Positions 28,684-39,120 of a DNA stretch of 64,000 nt are shown in pieces (the first letter of the stretch is position 1; every line of letters starts with the position of its first letter). Location of the stretch: NCBI GenBank assembly GCA_963775225.1, contig CAVZHW010000002.1, positions 211,909-275,908 of the forward strand, in the 5' to 3' direction. This DNA comes from an uncultured Chloroflexia bacterium. Its GTDB lineage: Bacteria > Chloroflexota > Limnocylindria > Limnocylindrales > CSP1-4. A program made the translations under genes and the position numbers. The notes under the pieces were generated by a model. It was given only the letters and a program-made list of their open reading frames with translations, had not been told where the DNA came from and did no database searches.

Positions 28684-29511
28684 GTGACCGACGCGCTCCG
28701 TTCCAATTCGTCGTCCACCCACTCGCTGCTCGCTCGTGCCGTGCCGGCGCGCCTGCGCGAGCCGCGACGCGTGGCGGCCATTGCCCTGCTCGCGCTGGCC
28801 GGCGGCCTGATCCTGGCTTTCGTCGCGGCGCGTGGGCAGCTGGCCGGCTCGGACGCACTGGCCTACTGGACGGCCGTCCACCGCTGGTGGGTCGCTGCCG
28901 ACATCTACCAGGCGCTGCCCGATCGCTACGTGGCGCCGCCGGGCGTGCTGCCTTACTCGTACGCGCCGTGGACGCTCTACCTGCTGCTGCCGTGGGCGGC
29001 GCTGCCGTGGGACGTGGCCTGGATCGTGTGGCGTGCCGCGATGGTCGTGACCTTCGCGCTTACCGTCGCATGGGCCTATCGCCAACGACCCCTGGGCACC
29101 GCTGCGCTGGTAGCGCTGTTCGGCGCCCCGTTGGCGGCCAATTTCGACACGGGCAACGTCAACCTCTTCATCGGCGTAGGGCTCTGGGCCGCCTACTGGA
29201 CCGGGCCACGCCTTGGCGGACTTGCCTGGGGACTGGCGGCCGCGATCAAGTTCCTGCCCGTACCATTGCTCGCGTTCATGCCCCGCCGCTCGTGGAAGTG
29301 GGGCCTCGCCATATTTGGCGTGTTGATGGTCCTGACCTTGGCGACGTGGCCACAGACCCTGCGCCAGCTGGACATCGACCTCAACTACCCGCGGCCCATC
29401 CGCATCGACTACCTCGTCATCCTGTGGGGCATCGTGCCGTGGTTGTACTCGCGGCCATGGCCGCCGCGCCTATCGTGGTCCTGGCTGCGCGAGGCGCCGC
29501 CGCCGGCATGA
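28684..29511 (+). CDS. Polytopic membrane protein, DUF2029/GT87-like glycosyltransferase candidate
   Basis: There are about 8 TM segments. Motifs LPYSYAPW, DTGNVNL and AAIKFLP resemble the Y.YPP, GQ.N and K..P motifs of polyprenyl-phosphate-dependent GT87 enzymes. It is divergent from cphB with a 77-nt spacer. Confidence 0.45.
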   Translation: MTDALRSNSSSTHSLLARAVPARLREPRRVAAIALLALAGGLILAFVAARGQLAGSDALAYWTAVHRWWVAADIYQALPDRYVAPPGVLPYSYAPWTLYLLLPWAALPWDVAWIVWRAAMVVTFALTVAWAYRQRPLGTAALVALFGAPLAANFDTGNVNLFIGVGLWAAYWTGPRLGGLAWGLAAAIKFLPVPLLAFMPRRSWKWGLAIFGVLMVLTLATWPQTLRQLDIDLNYPRPIRIDYLVILWGIVPWLYSRPWPPRLSWSWLREAPPPA

Positions 29512-29617
29512 TCGCCCGATCCTCTTGATGGGCCACGTCGATCACACAGCTCTCAAGCTAGCCTAGGCCGGCCGCCGAACACTTCCCAGATGGCCGGGCA
29601 GCCCCTGAGGCGACGCG

Positions 29618-32600
29618 TCAGGCGCGCAGCAGCCAGCCGCGGTAAGAGCGCTGGAAGCCGGCGGCGGTGAGCGCGGCGACATGCGGCGAGTCGGCAACCG
29701 CGACGCCGTCGACGCGCTCGACCTGGAGAGCGCGGAAGCGGCCGCCGTCGAGCAGCTGGCGCAGGGCGGTGAGCGCGGCCGCGGCAACCGCCGCATCGGC
29801 AAATGCGGGCAGTGTCTGCAGCGATCTGCCGCCACGCTCGAGGTACAGCACGGCCTGCCCGTCGACGATGACCACGTAGGCGCCGGCGGCACGCGCCAGC
29901 GGGCGCCGGTCGTCGTCCGACCAGCGCGGCCAGGGCAGCGCCGCGCCGAAGGCATTGGCCGGGTCGGCGGCGGCGAGGATCAGCGGTTGCCCGGGGGCCC
30001 GATCCCCCGACGGGTCGGTGCGTTCGGAGCGCAGCCGGTCGAGCGCCGCCGGCAGGCAGAACTGGGCGCCGCCGAGGCCCTCGACGAAGTACCCCCGGCG
30101 CACCCGGCCGCGCTCCTCCATGTCGCGCAGGATGGGATAGACGGCGCCGAAGCCGCCGCTCAGGCCTTCCCCGGCGACCGTGTCACGCGTCACCACGCCG
30201 TACGCATCGAGCAGCCGCACCGCCTGCGCGTGGCGGCGTTCGGTCTCGCTGGGCGGCTGCCCGCCGCGCAACGCGATCGCCGTGGCCCGCGCGTCGGTGA
30301 GCAGCGACCAGCGGCCGGCGGCCTCGGGCGGGCCCATCCGCGCGGTCGCCGCGAAGCGCGGCCGCGCGGTCGCCGCGAAGCGCGGCCGCGCACTCGATAC
30401 GGCGCCGCTGCGGCGAGTGCCAGTGCGCGGCCAGCGCAACGCACGCAGCGGGGCGAAGGTGTCGTTGGTGACCTCCGTCGCCCAGACCAGGTCCCACAGC
30501 CCGTCGAGCAGCTCACGCTCACGCACCGGCCGTTCGCCGCGCTCGGCGGCCGCGTGCAGCACCGCCGCCAGCAGGTCACGGTAGAAGGACGCCCCACGCC
30601 GCCCCAGATGCTCGCGGATGGCGTCGTGCAGCCAGGTCGACGGGCGGTCGGGCGCGTCACCATCGGGCGCCGGCAGCAGCAGCGGCAGCCGATCGGGCCG
30701 GTACAACGCGACGCGGCCGTCATCCTGACCGAGCGGGCCCAGGCCGACCCACACCACTTCGCCCGCCGCACCCAGTTCGTCGAGCAGCCGCGGCGTGTAG
30801 CCGGCGACGCGCGCGGGCAGGATGTCGCGCTCGAGCACACTCGCCGGCAGCGGCGTCCCGTCGAGCTGCGCCACCACCTCGGCCAGCCGGTCGATACCGC
30901 CGTGGCGCTCACCGACGCCCTGCCAGCGCGGCAGGAAGCGCGCCAGCGCCTGCGCCTCCACCGGCTCGATCTCACGGCGGAGCGCAGCCAGCGAGCGGCG
31001 GCGCAGCACGCGCAGCACCTCCGGATGGCACCACTCGCGCTCCACCCCGTTGGGCCGGAACTCGCCGCGCAGCAGCAGGCCGTCGGCCAATAGTCGATCG
31101 AGTTGCACCTCAACCTCCGCCACCGGCAGACCCCAGCGCGCGGCCGGTTCGGCCGCCAGGAACGGACCGTGGTGGCGTGCCCAGCGCAGCAGCAGGCCCG
31201 AGAGTGCATCGTGAACCGGCGCCAGGAATGCCTGGGGCACGCCCACCGGCGGCACGACGCCCAGCGCGTCGCGGTAGCGCGCCACGTCCTCGATGGCAAT
31301 CCAGCGTTCCTCGCCCCGGACGCGGACGGCGATCGCGCGCCGGTCGGCGGCGATCGCCTCGAGCCACTCGTCCGCGGCCGAGAGGCGTGCCCGCTCGTCA
31401 GGCCCGCGCACGCGCGCGGCCACCTCGTCACGCGTCAGGTCGCCCAGCCGGCGCAGGAGGTCGTGCACCGCGTCGGCCGAGCCGGCTTGCCGCTCCGGGG
31501 TCAGTGCCTGGAGCTCGAGCTCGAGCTCGGCCAGCGCGCCGGCGTCGAGCAGCTCGCGCAACTCCTCGGCGCCGAGCAGCTCGCGCAGCAGGTCGCGGTC
31601 GAGCGCCAGTGCCTGAGCACGCCGGTCGACGAGTGGCGCGTCGCCCTCGTACATGTACGAGGCGATGTAGTCGAACATCAGTGAGCTGGCGAACGGCGAG
31701 GCGTGGCGCGTCTCGACGCTGACCAGGCGAATCTCGCGCCGCTCGATGGCGGCCAGGATCGACTTGAGCGCGGGGAGGTCGAAGACGTCCTGCAGGCATT
31801 CGCGGTAGGTCTCGAGGATGATCGGGAACGAGGCGTAGCGGCTGGCCACGCCGAGCAGCTGCGCCGAGCGCTGGCGCATCTGCCACAAAGGAGTGCGCTG
31901 GCCGGCGCGGCGGCGCGGCAGCAGCAGCGCACGTGCCGCGTTCTCGCGGAAGTGGCTCGAGAAGAGCGCCGAGCCGCCGAGCACACCGATGACCAACTCC
32001 TCGACGTCGTCGGCCCCGATCCTGATCGCCGCCTCCGCCGCCGCGACGGCGCCATGTCCGCCACCCGGCAGGCCGCCGGAGACGCCGTCGGCCAGGGCAT
32101 CGCCGGCCAGCTCGTCGGCCATCGGCAGGCGGATGACGATGCCGTCGTCCGACCAGATCGGCTGGACCTCCAGCCCGAGCAATTCACGCAGGCGCGCCTC
32201 GATCGCCAGCGCCCAGGGCGCATGCACGCGCGCGCCGAAGGGCGTCAGCATGACTATCCGCCAGTCGCCGAGCTCGTCGCGGAAGCGCTCGACGACCACC
32301 GTCTGGTCGGTGGGCAGCGCGCCTGTCGCCGCCTGCTCCTCGGCCAGGTAGTCGATCAGGTTGCGCGCCGCGAGTGGGTCGAGCAGGTGCTTCTCCTGGA
32401 GTCGTGCCTGTGCTCGTTCGCGGCCGGCCGGGCTTCGTGCCGCCTCTTCGCCGACGCTGCGCGTGAATTCGCCCAGGGCACGCCCGAGCTCGATCGGCCG
32501 TCCCGGTCCCTCCCCCTTCCAGAACGGGATCTTGCCCGGTTCGCCGGGGGCCGGGCTGACCAGCACCCGGTCGCGCGTTATCTCCTCGATGCGCCAGGCG

Positions 32601-34315
32601 CTGGCGCCCAGCAGGATGACCTCGCCCACGCGCGCCTCGTAGACCATCTCCTCGTCCAGCTCGCCGACACGCCGCCCACCCGAGCGCGACGAGCGGGCGC
32701 CTGTTGACCCGGCGCCGTCCTCCGCGAGGTAGACGCCGAACAGGCCGCGGTCGGGGATCGTGCCGCCACTGATGACCGCCACTGTGCGCGCATCGCGGCG
32801 GCTCTCGACGGTGCCTGCGGCACGGTCCCAGATGACCCGCGGGCGCAGATCGGCGAACTCGTCGCCGGGGTAGTTGCCGGCGAGCATGCCCAGCACGGCC
32901 TCGAACGTCTCGCGACCCAGGTCGGCGAAGTTCTCCGCCCGGCGCGCCAGGCCGTAGAGTTCGTCGGCCGTCCAGCGTCGCTCGGCAGCGGTGGCGACGA
33001 CCTGCTGGGCAAGCACGTCGAGCGGGTTGCGCGGGATGACCGTCTGCTCGATCTCGCCGTCGAGCATCCGTCGGGTGACCACGGCGCACTCGAGCAGGTC
33101 GCCGCGGTACTTGGGGAAGATGACGCCCTGGCTGGGCTCGTCGACGTGGTGGCCGGCGCGGCCGATGCGCTGCAGTCCACGCGCCACCGAGCCCGGAGAT
33201 TCCACCTGGATGACGAGATCCACTGCGCCCATGTCGATGCCCAGTTCGAGGCTGCTGGTGGCGACCAGCGCCGGCAAGCGGCCGTCCTTGAGGCGCTCCT
33301 CGATCTCGAGGCGCTCCTCGCGCGCGAGCGAACCGTGATGGGCGCGTACCAGCTCCTCGCCGGCGAGCTCGTTGAGGCGCAGCGCCAGCCGCTCGGCGAG
33401 CCGCCGGCTGTTGACGAAGACGATCGTGGACTTGTGCGCACAGATGAGCTCGAGGATGCGCGGATGGATCTGCGGCCAGATCGAACTGCGCTGGTCGGGC
33501 GCGGCCGCCGAGCCACTCGGCTGCTGCTCGGGCGGCAGCACTTCGCCGATGGCGGCCATGTCCTCGACCGGCACCACGACCTGAAGCTCCAGCTGCTTGC
33601 GCACGCCGGCGTCGACGATGGCCACCTGGCGCGGCGTGCCGTCCGCCTCGCGGCCGCCCAGGAAGCCGGCAACAACGGATAGCGGTCGCTGCGTGGCCGA
33701 GAGCCCCATGCGCTGGGGCGGTTTGTCGGTGAGTGTCGCGAGGCGTTCCAGCGACAGCGCCAGGTGGGCGCCGCGCTTGGTCGCAGCGAGGGCGTGGATC
33801 TCGTCGACGATTACCCACTCGATACCGCGCAGCGCCTCCCGGGCAGCCGAGGTCAGGAGGAGATACAGCGACTCGGGCGTGGTGACCAGGATGTCCGGCG
33901 GCCGCTTGCCGAAGGCACGCCGCTCGTCCGCCGGCGTGTCGCCGGTGCGCATGCCCACGCGCAGCTCGCGCGCATTACCGCCTTCGCGCTGCGCGGCCAG
34001 GGTGATGCCCGCCAGCGGCGAGCGCAGGTTGCGGTTCACATCGTGGACGAGTGCCTTGAGCGGCGAGACGTACAGCAGGCGCAAGCGGCGTTGTGGATCT
34101 GCCGGTGCCGGCTCGTGCATCAGCCGGTCGAGGCACCACAGGAACGCGGCAAGCGTCTTGCCCGAACCGGTCGGCGCGCAGATGAGCGTGTGCCCGCCGG
34201 CGGTGATCGCCGGCCAGCCCTTTGCCTGTGCGGCCGTGGGCGCGGCGAACGACGACTCGAACCAGGCACGGGTGGCGGGCGAGAAGGCCGCCAACGGGGA
34301 TCGGGAGCGGGGCAC
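29618..34315 (-). CDS. lhr: Lhr-family large ATP-dependent DNA/RNA helicase (1565 aa)
   Basis: Motif I is APTGSGKT and motif II is VIVDEIHA. Further blocks are the SAT-like LSAT, and HHGSLAREERLEIEERLKDGRLPALVATSSLELGIDMG. A long C-terminal extension typical of actinobacterial Lhr is present. Confidence 0.9.
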   Translation of the reverse strand: MPRSRSPLAAFSPATRAWFESSFAAPTAAQAKGWPAITAGGHTLICAPTGSGKTLAAFLWCLDRLMHEPAPADPQRRLRLLYVSPLKALVHDVNRNLRSPLAGITLAAQREGGNARELRVGMRTGDTPADERRAFGKRPPDILVTTPESLYLLLTSAAREALRGIEWVIVDEIHALAATKRGAHLALSLERLATLTDKPPQRMGLSATQRPLSVVAGFLGGREADGTPRQVAIVDAGVRKQLELQVVVPVEDMAAIGEVLPPEQQPSGSAAAPDQRSSIWPQIHPRILELICAHKSTIVFVNSRRLAERLALRLNELAGEELVRAHHGSLAREERLEIEERLKDGRLPALVATSSLELGIDMGAVDLVIQVESPGSVARGLQRIGRAGHHVDEPSQGVIFPKYRGDLLECAVVTRRMLDGEIEQTVIPRNPLDVLAQQVVATAAERRWTADELYGLARRAENFADLGRETFEAVLGMLAGNYPGDEFADLRPRVIWDRAAGTVESRRDARTVAVISGGTIPDRGLFGVYLAEDGAGSTGARSSRSGGRRVGELDEEMVYEARVGEVILLGASAWRIEEITRDRVLVSPAPGEPGKIPFWKGEGPGRPIELGRALGEFTRSVGEEAARSPAGRERAQARLQEKHLLDPLAARNLIDYLAEEQAATGALPTDQTVVVERFRDELGDWRIVMLTPFGARVHAPWALAIEARLRELLGLEVQPIWSDDGIVIRLPMADELAGDALADGVSGGLPGGGHGAVAAAEAAIRIGADDVEELVIGVLGGSALFSSHFRENAARALLLPRRRAGQRTPLWQMRQRSAQLLGVASRYASFPIILETYRECLQDVFDLPALKSILAAIERREIRLVSVETRHASPFASSLMFDYIASYMYEGDAPLVDRRAQALALDRDLLRELLGAEELRELLDAGALAELELELQALTPERQAGSADAVHDLLRRLGDLTRDEVAARVRGPDERARLSAADEWLEAIAADRRAIAVRVRGEERWIAIEDVARYRDALGVVPPVGVPQAFLAPVHDALSGLLLRWARHHGPFLAAEPAARWGLPVAEVEVQLDRLLADGLLLRGEFRPNGVEREWCHPEVLRVLRRRSLAALRREIEPVEAQALARFLPRWQGVGERHGGIDRLAEVVAQLDGTPLPASVLERDILPARVAGYTPRLLDELGAAGEVVWVGLGPLGQDDGRVALYRPDRLPLLLPAPDGDAPDRPSTWLHDAIREHLGRRGASFYRDLLAAVLHAAAERGERPVRERELLDGLWDLVWATEVTNDTFAPLRALRWPRTGTRRSGAVSSARPRFAATARPRFAATARMGPPEAAGRWSLLTDARATAIALRGGQPPSETERRHAQAVRLLDAYGVVTRDTVAGEGLSGGFGAVYPILRDMEERGRVRRGYFVEGLGGAQFCLPAALDRLRSERTDPSGDRAPGQPLILAAADPANAFGAALPWPRWSDDDRRPLARAAGAYVVIVDGQAVLYLERGGRSLQTLPAFADAAVAAAALTALRQLLDGGRFRALQVERVDGVAVADSPHVAALTAAGFQRSYRGWLLRA

Positions 34316-34497
34316 GGGCGCCGAGTATACGCGGGCCGCCAGAATCGAACAAGTGATCTAAATGGATTGCTGCTCGTGCCCAGCCACCCGCTATCCACCG
34401 GTAGCGCAGGCGCCCCCGGGGCCGCACGCTAGTGCCGAAATGAGCAACGCGATCAACAACGAAGGCCATCACCACCGTACCGAGGTGGCGGCACGAC

Positions 34498-35412
34498 TCA
34501 TTCTGGTCGTCTGCGACTCACAACAAGGACGGTCATTCCGGCGCAAACGATAGCGATCCCGCCGACGATCATCGCTGTCGCCAGCGCGACTGCCGGGTAC
34601 TCGCTGCCCGGTACGCCGTAGGCGACCCGATCCAAGTTATTCCACGCCCAATCTTGTGGGTCGCTACCTTCGGGCGCGAGCGCCATCGCCTGCTCCAGCG
34701 AGAGCAGGTCGCCGCTCGCAGTTCGGAAGCGTTCTTCGAACACGATGGAGTGGGCGATCTCTTTACTTGGGTATGGGCCGATCACCTCTGGCTGACCGAC
34801 GACAGCAGGCAGAAGGGCAACCGCGGCGAGCGCTGCGACGCCAACGATCACGCTCAGAAGCAGCGCCGGCAGCATCCGTCCCAACACTGCACCGAACAGG
34901 AGTGCTGCGCCGAACGTGCCTACCGCAACTGAGGCCAAACCGGGTCCGCGCATCGCGACATCGATGAGGCTGGCATTTGGACTGACCGAATCCTCGATTC
35001 CCCCTTCGAGAAAATGACCAGCAATGGCGAGCGGGACAACAAGGAACGCAAGCAGCGCAAGTGCGACGGTTGCGCGGACCGTGAACCAGCGGACACGCGA
35101 ACGGGCCAACGACCAGACGATCGGTGCCGTACCGCGTTCGATCTCCCGTGCGACCAGCTGACTTCCGAGCAGTGCGGCCGCCGTTAGCGAGACGACGACG
35201 TACCCAAGCATCACCAAGTGGCCGTTCTGTATCTGATCGTTGCGCAAGCCGTACGCCGCGCACGAAGGATCGCCACACTGCGAGAGCGGAGCAAGCCCGG
35301 CCAGCGACACCAGAACGTATGCCGTGAATGCGAGCAGAGTGAGCACGCATGCACCGAGGATCGCCAGTTCAAGGCGCTCGACGCGGAGCGCCAGTTGGAG
35401 CGAGCGCTTCAT
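34498..35412 (-). CDS. ABC-2-type transporter permease, paralog 1
   Basis: This is the ORF 34498..35526, trimmed to ATG at 35412, which overlaps the ATPase stop (ATGA). There are 6 hydrophobic segments. It carries the conserved block AREIERGTAPIVWSLARSRVRWF, which is shared with the permeases at 37118, 51923 and 52741. Confidence 0.75.
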   Translation of the reverse strand: MKRSLQLALRVERLELAILGACVLTLLAFTAYVLVSLAGLAPLSQCGDPSCAAYGLRNDQIQNGHLVMLGYVVVSLTAAALLGSQLVAREIERGTAPIVWSLARSRVRWFTVRATVALALLAFLVVPLAIAGHFLEGGIEDSVSPNASLIDVAMRGPGLASVAVGTFGAALLFGAVLGRMLPALLLSVIVGVAALAAVALLPAVVGQPEVIGPYPSKEIAHSIVFEERFRTASGDLLSLEQAMALAPEGSDPQDWAWNNLDRVAYGVPGSEYPAVALATAMIVGGIAIVCAGMTVLVVSRRRPE

Positions 35413-36293
35413 GCGCCGCCGCTCGCTTTTGCCTGGCCAGCCCGTCCTCGCGCCAGATACCCCAGCACGATCTCCTCCAGGTTTGCGGGCCTCCCGGCCC
35501 CGCCTGCCCCAGCCCGTATCAGCCACTCCGGTTGTCCCGGCAGTTGGGCGACAGCCGTTTCGGCGACGGACGAGTCGGCGACGACCCTGTGCTCCTGTGT
35601 CGCCGCAGCGGTACTGGTGCTGAGCAAAACGCGACCGACGCCGAGAACAATCAGGTGGTCGCTTGCTTGCTCGACATCGCGGACTATGTGCGACGAGAGC
35701 AGCGCCGTCAGACCACGCTCGTCGACCGCGCGCTGAAGAAGCTCGAGCACTTCGTGGCGCGCCAGCGGATCCAAGCTCGCGAGAGGTTCGTCCAGGACCA
35801 GTATTTCGGCCCCGCTTGCCAGCGCGATCGACAGCACGACTTGCGCCGCCTGCCCGCCGGACACCCTGCCCAGCCGCGCATCGAGTGGGATACTCAGCCG
35901 GTCGACATAGTCAATTGCGCCGGCCACGTCGAGAGTCGGCCGCAGGTACGCCGCGTAGTCGATGTTCTGGGCGACAGTTAGTTCCCGGTACAGCTCTGGG
36001 CGCTGCGGGACATACGCGATCTTCGCCAATGCTTGCACGGCCGAGCGAACGGGATCGATCCCGGCGACTGACACCTGGCCGGCCGTCGGTCGCTCGAAGC
36101 CTATCCACGTCTTGATGAGCGTCGATTTCCCGGCCGCGTTTGGCCCGACGAGTGCCGTGATCCCACCGCGTGGGACATCTACGGACACGTCGCGCAATGC
36201 CCACGTCGAGCGCCCGTAACGCTTCGAGACGTCGCCGGCGTGGAGCGCCACGTGTCGGGCGGAGGGAGGGGCTTGGTCTGTGGTCGGGGTCAA
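35409..36293 (-). CDS. ABC transporter ATP-binding protein, paralog 1
   Basis: Walker A is GPNAAGKST, the signature-like motif is VSGGQAAQV, and Walker B is ILVLDEPLASLD. The H-loop is LLSSH. Confidence 0.88.
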   Translation of the reverse strand: MTPTTDQAPPSARHVALHAGDVSKRYGRSTWALRDVSVDVPRGGITALVGPNAAGKSTLIKTWIGFERPTAGQVSVAGIDPVRSAVQALAKIAYVPQRPELYRELTVAQNIDYAAYLRPTLDVAGAIDYVDRLSIPLDARLGRVSGGQAAQVVLSIALASGAEILVLDEPLASLDPLARHEVLELLQRAVDERGLTALLSSHIVRDVEQASDHLIVLGVGRVLLSTSTAAATQEHRVVADSSVAETAVAQLPGQPEWLIRAGAGGAGRPANLEEIVLGYLARGRAGQAKASGGA

Positions 36294-36967
36294 AGCCGGT
36301 GGCCCTGATCGGAAGTCTGACTAAGCCAGAGCCACTCGCGGGTGGTCATGCCCGAGGCGTTGATGGCAGCCGCACGCTCCGGGCCAAAGTAGCGGTAGTG
36401 CCAAGGTTCCGGCTGGTAGCAGGTTCGTTCGGGACTGCTGCCAAGGGGATAGCTCGCGACGAAACCGAAGCGCCACGCGTTATCCGCCAGCCACGCGTCG
36501 CCGCCGTCGAGATCAACGGCTGTCCCGAGCTGGTGCTCCGAATGGCCGGGTCGCGCGACGAAGCCAGCCGCATAAGCGACACCGTCGGCCGAAGCGGTCG
36601 ATGAAAAGAGCTCAGTCTGCTCGTCGTAGCTCCGATACGAGCTCTTAACGGTCAACGTGACGCCATTGTTGTCGGCCGCGGTTACGAGCCGCCGCAGGTC
36701 GTCGACGACGAACGAGCGGAGTCGCACCGGCGAGCCTTCAACACTTGCACGAACAAGGTCAGGTGGTACGTAATCCGCACTGAGCGCGTGATCCGTGTCG
36801 AGCAGTGTCCATGCCCAGTCCGCGTAATCGCTGCGCAACGCGGGATCGTCGCCCGTGGTACAGGACGGCGTTGATCCGGATGTGACGGCGGCGGCTCCAA
36901 GGACGCAAATCAAGAGTGCGCCGATCAACAGCGTCGGCCATAGAAGAGAGGCTTTGTGCCTCGACAC
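36290..36967 (-). CDS. VanY-like D-alanyl-D-alanine carboxypeptidase (M15B) with a signal anchor
   Basis: Motifs seen: SSYRSYDEQ, PGHSEHQLGTAVDL, WRFGFVASYP, EPWHYRY (the zinc ligand pattern H..D..H of M15). There is an N-terminal TM or signal. Its stop overlaps the start of the downstream ABC ATPase gene by 4 nt. Confidence 0.8.
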   Translation of the reverse strand: MSRHKASLLWPTLLIGALLICVLGAAAVTSGSTPSCTTGDDPALRSDYADWAWTLLDTDHALSADYVPPDLVRASVEGSPVRLRSFVVDDLRRLVTAADNNGVTLTVKSSYRSYDEQTELFSSTASADGVAYAAGFVARPGHSEHQLGTAVDLDGGDAWLADNAWRFGFVASYPLGSSPERTCYQPEPWHYRYFGPERAAAINASGMTTREWLWLSQTSDQGHRL

Positions 36968-37117
36968 AGCTCAGCCCAACATCCGTACGAAGCGCGGCCC
37001 ACATGGGTGACGGCCACGAGGGCGCCACGCGGCCAAGAGCTGCGGCCAACGGCAGCAGCGGTGCAGATCGACAGGCCAACCCAACGCCGGCTGGCGACAT
37101 CCGGGCGACATAGCGGG

Positions 37118-38104
37118 TTACGTCGGCCGCCTGCGTCGCACGAGTGCCAGGGAAGCGAGCCCGGCGATGGCGCCGCCCAGAACAACGAAGCTGCAGTGGA
37201 GGAGGACTGCATCTGGGTAACGCTCTCCCGGCACGAGTAGCCAGACTTGGGTGAAGTTCCGGTCGAGCCATGTTCCGTCGATGCCGCCCGGCGGCAACTC
37301 AGGATTGGACGGAGCGAGCGCCGCCGCCTGGTCGTATGTGAGCAGGCTCCCATCCGAGGCTCGCAGGCGAAGGTCGAGGAACCGATCCGCGGCTGTCTGG
37401 CTTTCGGGGTTCGCTACTTCATACACCGCAGAAGCGGCATACCACTGGTCCATCATCATCAACGCGCCGATCACCAACAGGGCGGCCATGCCGAACCCCA
37501 CGATGATCGCGGGAAGCTGCCGTCCGAGAACGAGACCGGCGAGGATGGCCAGACCGAAGCTCGCCAGCCCCCGCGCCAACAGGATCGGACCCCTGTAGTT
37601 GTCATCCAGAAACGACTGCGCCGGATTGATGGTCGGCGTCCAAGACGCCTCGAGGCGCTCCGACGCTAGCGCCACCGCGACCAAGGCGATGAGAAGGACG
37701 GCACCGAGGATGGCTGTCCGGGTGAGCAGCCACCGTCGTCGCGAGCCGCTGAGCGTCCAGGGGAGCGGTGCGGTGCCTCGCTCGAGTTCACGCGCCAGCA
37801 CCGGCGCACCGAGCAACAGACCGGCGCCGATCGGCAGGAGCCCGATGAGCTGAAGCACTCGGACGCCGAAGCGGCTGCCGATCGTCGACCATGTATCTAG
37901 AAGCGCGCTGCAGGCCGCCGGTTGCGTCACGTCGGGTGGTGTGGGAGCGGGTGGGGTGGAAGCGAAGCACGTCAGCGGCACGCCGACGTCGTCCAGCAGT
38001 TTCGCGACGACAAGCGCCGCCGCCGCGAGCGCGAACGACGTCAGCAGCACGGCGGCGATCTCAAACCGATAGAGCTTGAGGGTTAGCCGGATGGTCGTCG
38101 TCAT
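37118..38104 (-). CDS. ABC-2-type transporter permease, paralog 2
   Basis: This is the ORF 37118..38221, trimmed to ATG at 38104, which overlaps the ATPase stop by 1 nt (TGATG). It carries the block ARELERGTAPLPWTLSGSRRRWL. Confidence 0.75.
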   Translation of the reverse strand: MTTTIRLTLKLYRFEIAAVLLTSFALAAAALVVAKLLDDVGVPLTCFASTPPAPTPPDVTQPAACSALLDTWSTIGSRFGVRVLQLIGLLPIGAGLLLGAPVLARELERGTAPLPWTLSGSRRRWLLTRTAILGAVLLIALVAVALASERLEASWTPTINPAQSFLDDNYRGPILLARGLASFGLAILAGLVLGRQLPAIIVGFGMAALLVIGALMMMDQWYAASAVYEVANPESQTAADRFLDLRLRASDGSLLTYDQAAALAPSNPELPPGGIDGTWLDRNFTQVWLLVPGERYPDAVLLHCSFVVLGGAIAGLASLALVRRRRPT

Positions 38105-39009
38105 CAGGCAGCTAGCTCCGCCGCGGCGGCGGCGGCTCGGCTCGCCGCGAGGTAGCCAAGGACGATGTCCTCGAGCGTCGCGGGCGACGCGCCGCCGACT
38201 TTGTCTCGATTGAGCCGCCAAAGCTGGATGAGCGCCCGCTCCGCGCTTTCGAACCCGCCCACGAGCGTCGCGTCGTCGGGAATGGCCGCGTCAAGGCTGG
38301 TAACGACATGTCGCTCGAGCGCGTCGGCGATGGTCGTGTCGAGAAGCTTGCGCCCGTTGCCGAGCACCACCAGGTGATCGCACGCCTGCTCTATGTCTGT
38401 GACTACGTGCGAAGACAGCAACGCGGTTGATCCGTCGGCGCGTACCGCGTCGACAAGAACATGCAAGAACTCGCGCCGAGCGAGCGGATCGAGACTCGCG
38501 AGTGGCTCATCCAAGAGCAGGATGCGAGCACGCGTCGCGAGTGCGAGGGCAAGTCCAACCTGCGCCCGTTGACCGCCGGAGAGCTGGCTGGCCGGCTGGT
38601 CGAGCGGCACGCCGAGTTCGTGTAGCCGCTGCTCAGCGTACGGACGGTCGAATTGACGTCGAAGACTCTGCGCGAGGGCGAGGTGGTCGGCTACCGTCAG
38701 GCCGCCGTAGAGCGCCGGCGACTGTGGGACATACCCCAGGAGCCGGATGGCGCGTCCCGGATCCGCCCACGGGTCGACTCCGCCGACTTCAACATGGCCG
38801 GCGCTGGGCGGCTCCAGCCCGACCCAAGCCTTGATGAGGGTCGACTTACCGGCGCCGTTTGGGCCGACCAGTGCCGTAAGGCCAGGCTCACCGATTGTGA
38901 TGTCCAGCTGGCGCAACGCAGGGTGCCGTCCATACCTCTTGACGAGCCCTTGCGCGACCAAGGCTGGAGTCGGGGTTTCAGCGATAGGCGCGCGTGACGG
39001 TTCGACCAC
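38104..39009 (-). CDS. ABC transporter ATP-binding protein, paralog 2
   Basis: Motifs seen: GPNGAGKST, LSGGQRAQV, ILLLDEPLASLD, LLSSH. Confidence 0.88.
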   Translation of the reverse strand: MVEPSRAPIAETPTPALVAQGLVKRYGRHPALRQLDITIGEPGLTALVGPNGAGKSTLIKAWVGLEPPSAGHVEVGGVDPWADPGRAIRLLGYVPQSPALYGGLTVADHLALAQSLRRQFDRPYAEQRLHELGVPLDQPASQLSGGQRAQVGLALALATRARILLLDEPLASLDPLARREFLHVLVDAVRADGSTALLSSHVVTDIEQACDHLVVLGNGRKLLDTTIADALERHVVTSLDAAIPDDATLVGGFESAERALIQLWRLNRDKVGGASPATLEDIVLGYLAASRAAAAAAELAA

Positions 39010-39120
39010 ACAACGACCCTAGGTCGACGTCGAGGGACGGACCATCGACGATGGTGCCGATGCAGGGTAAGGAGAATCCCGTACCCGGAACCCGGAGAAG
39101 CGGGCGAGAATCGCCGTGCC

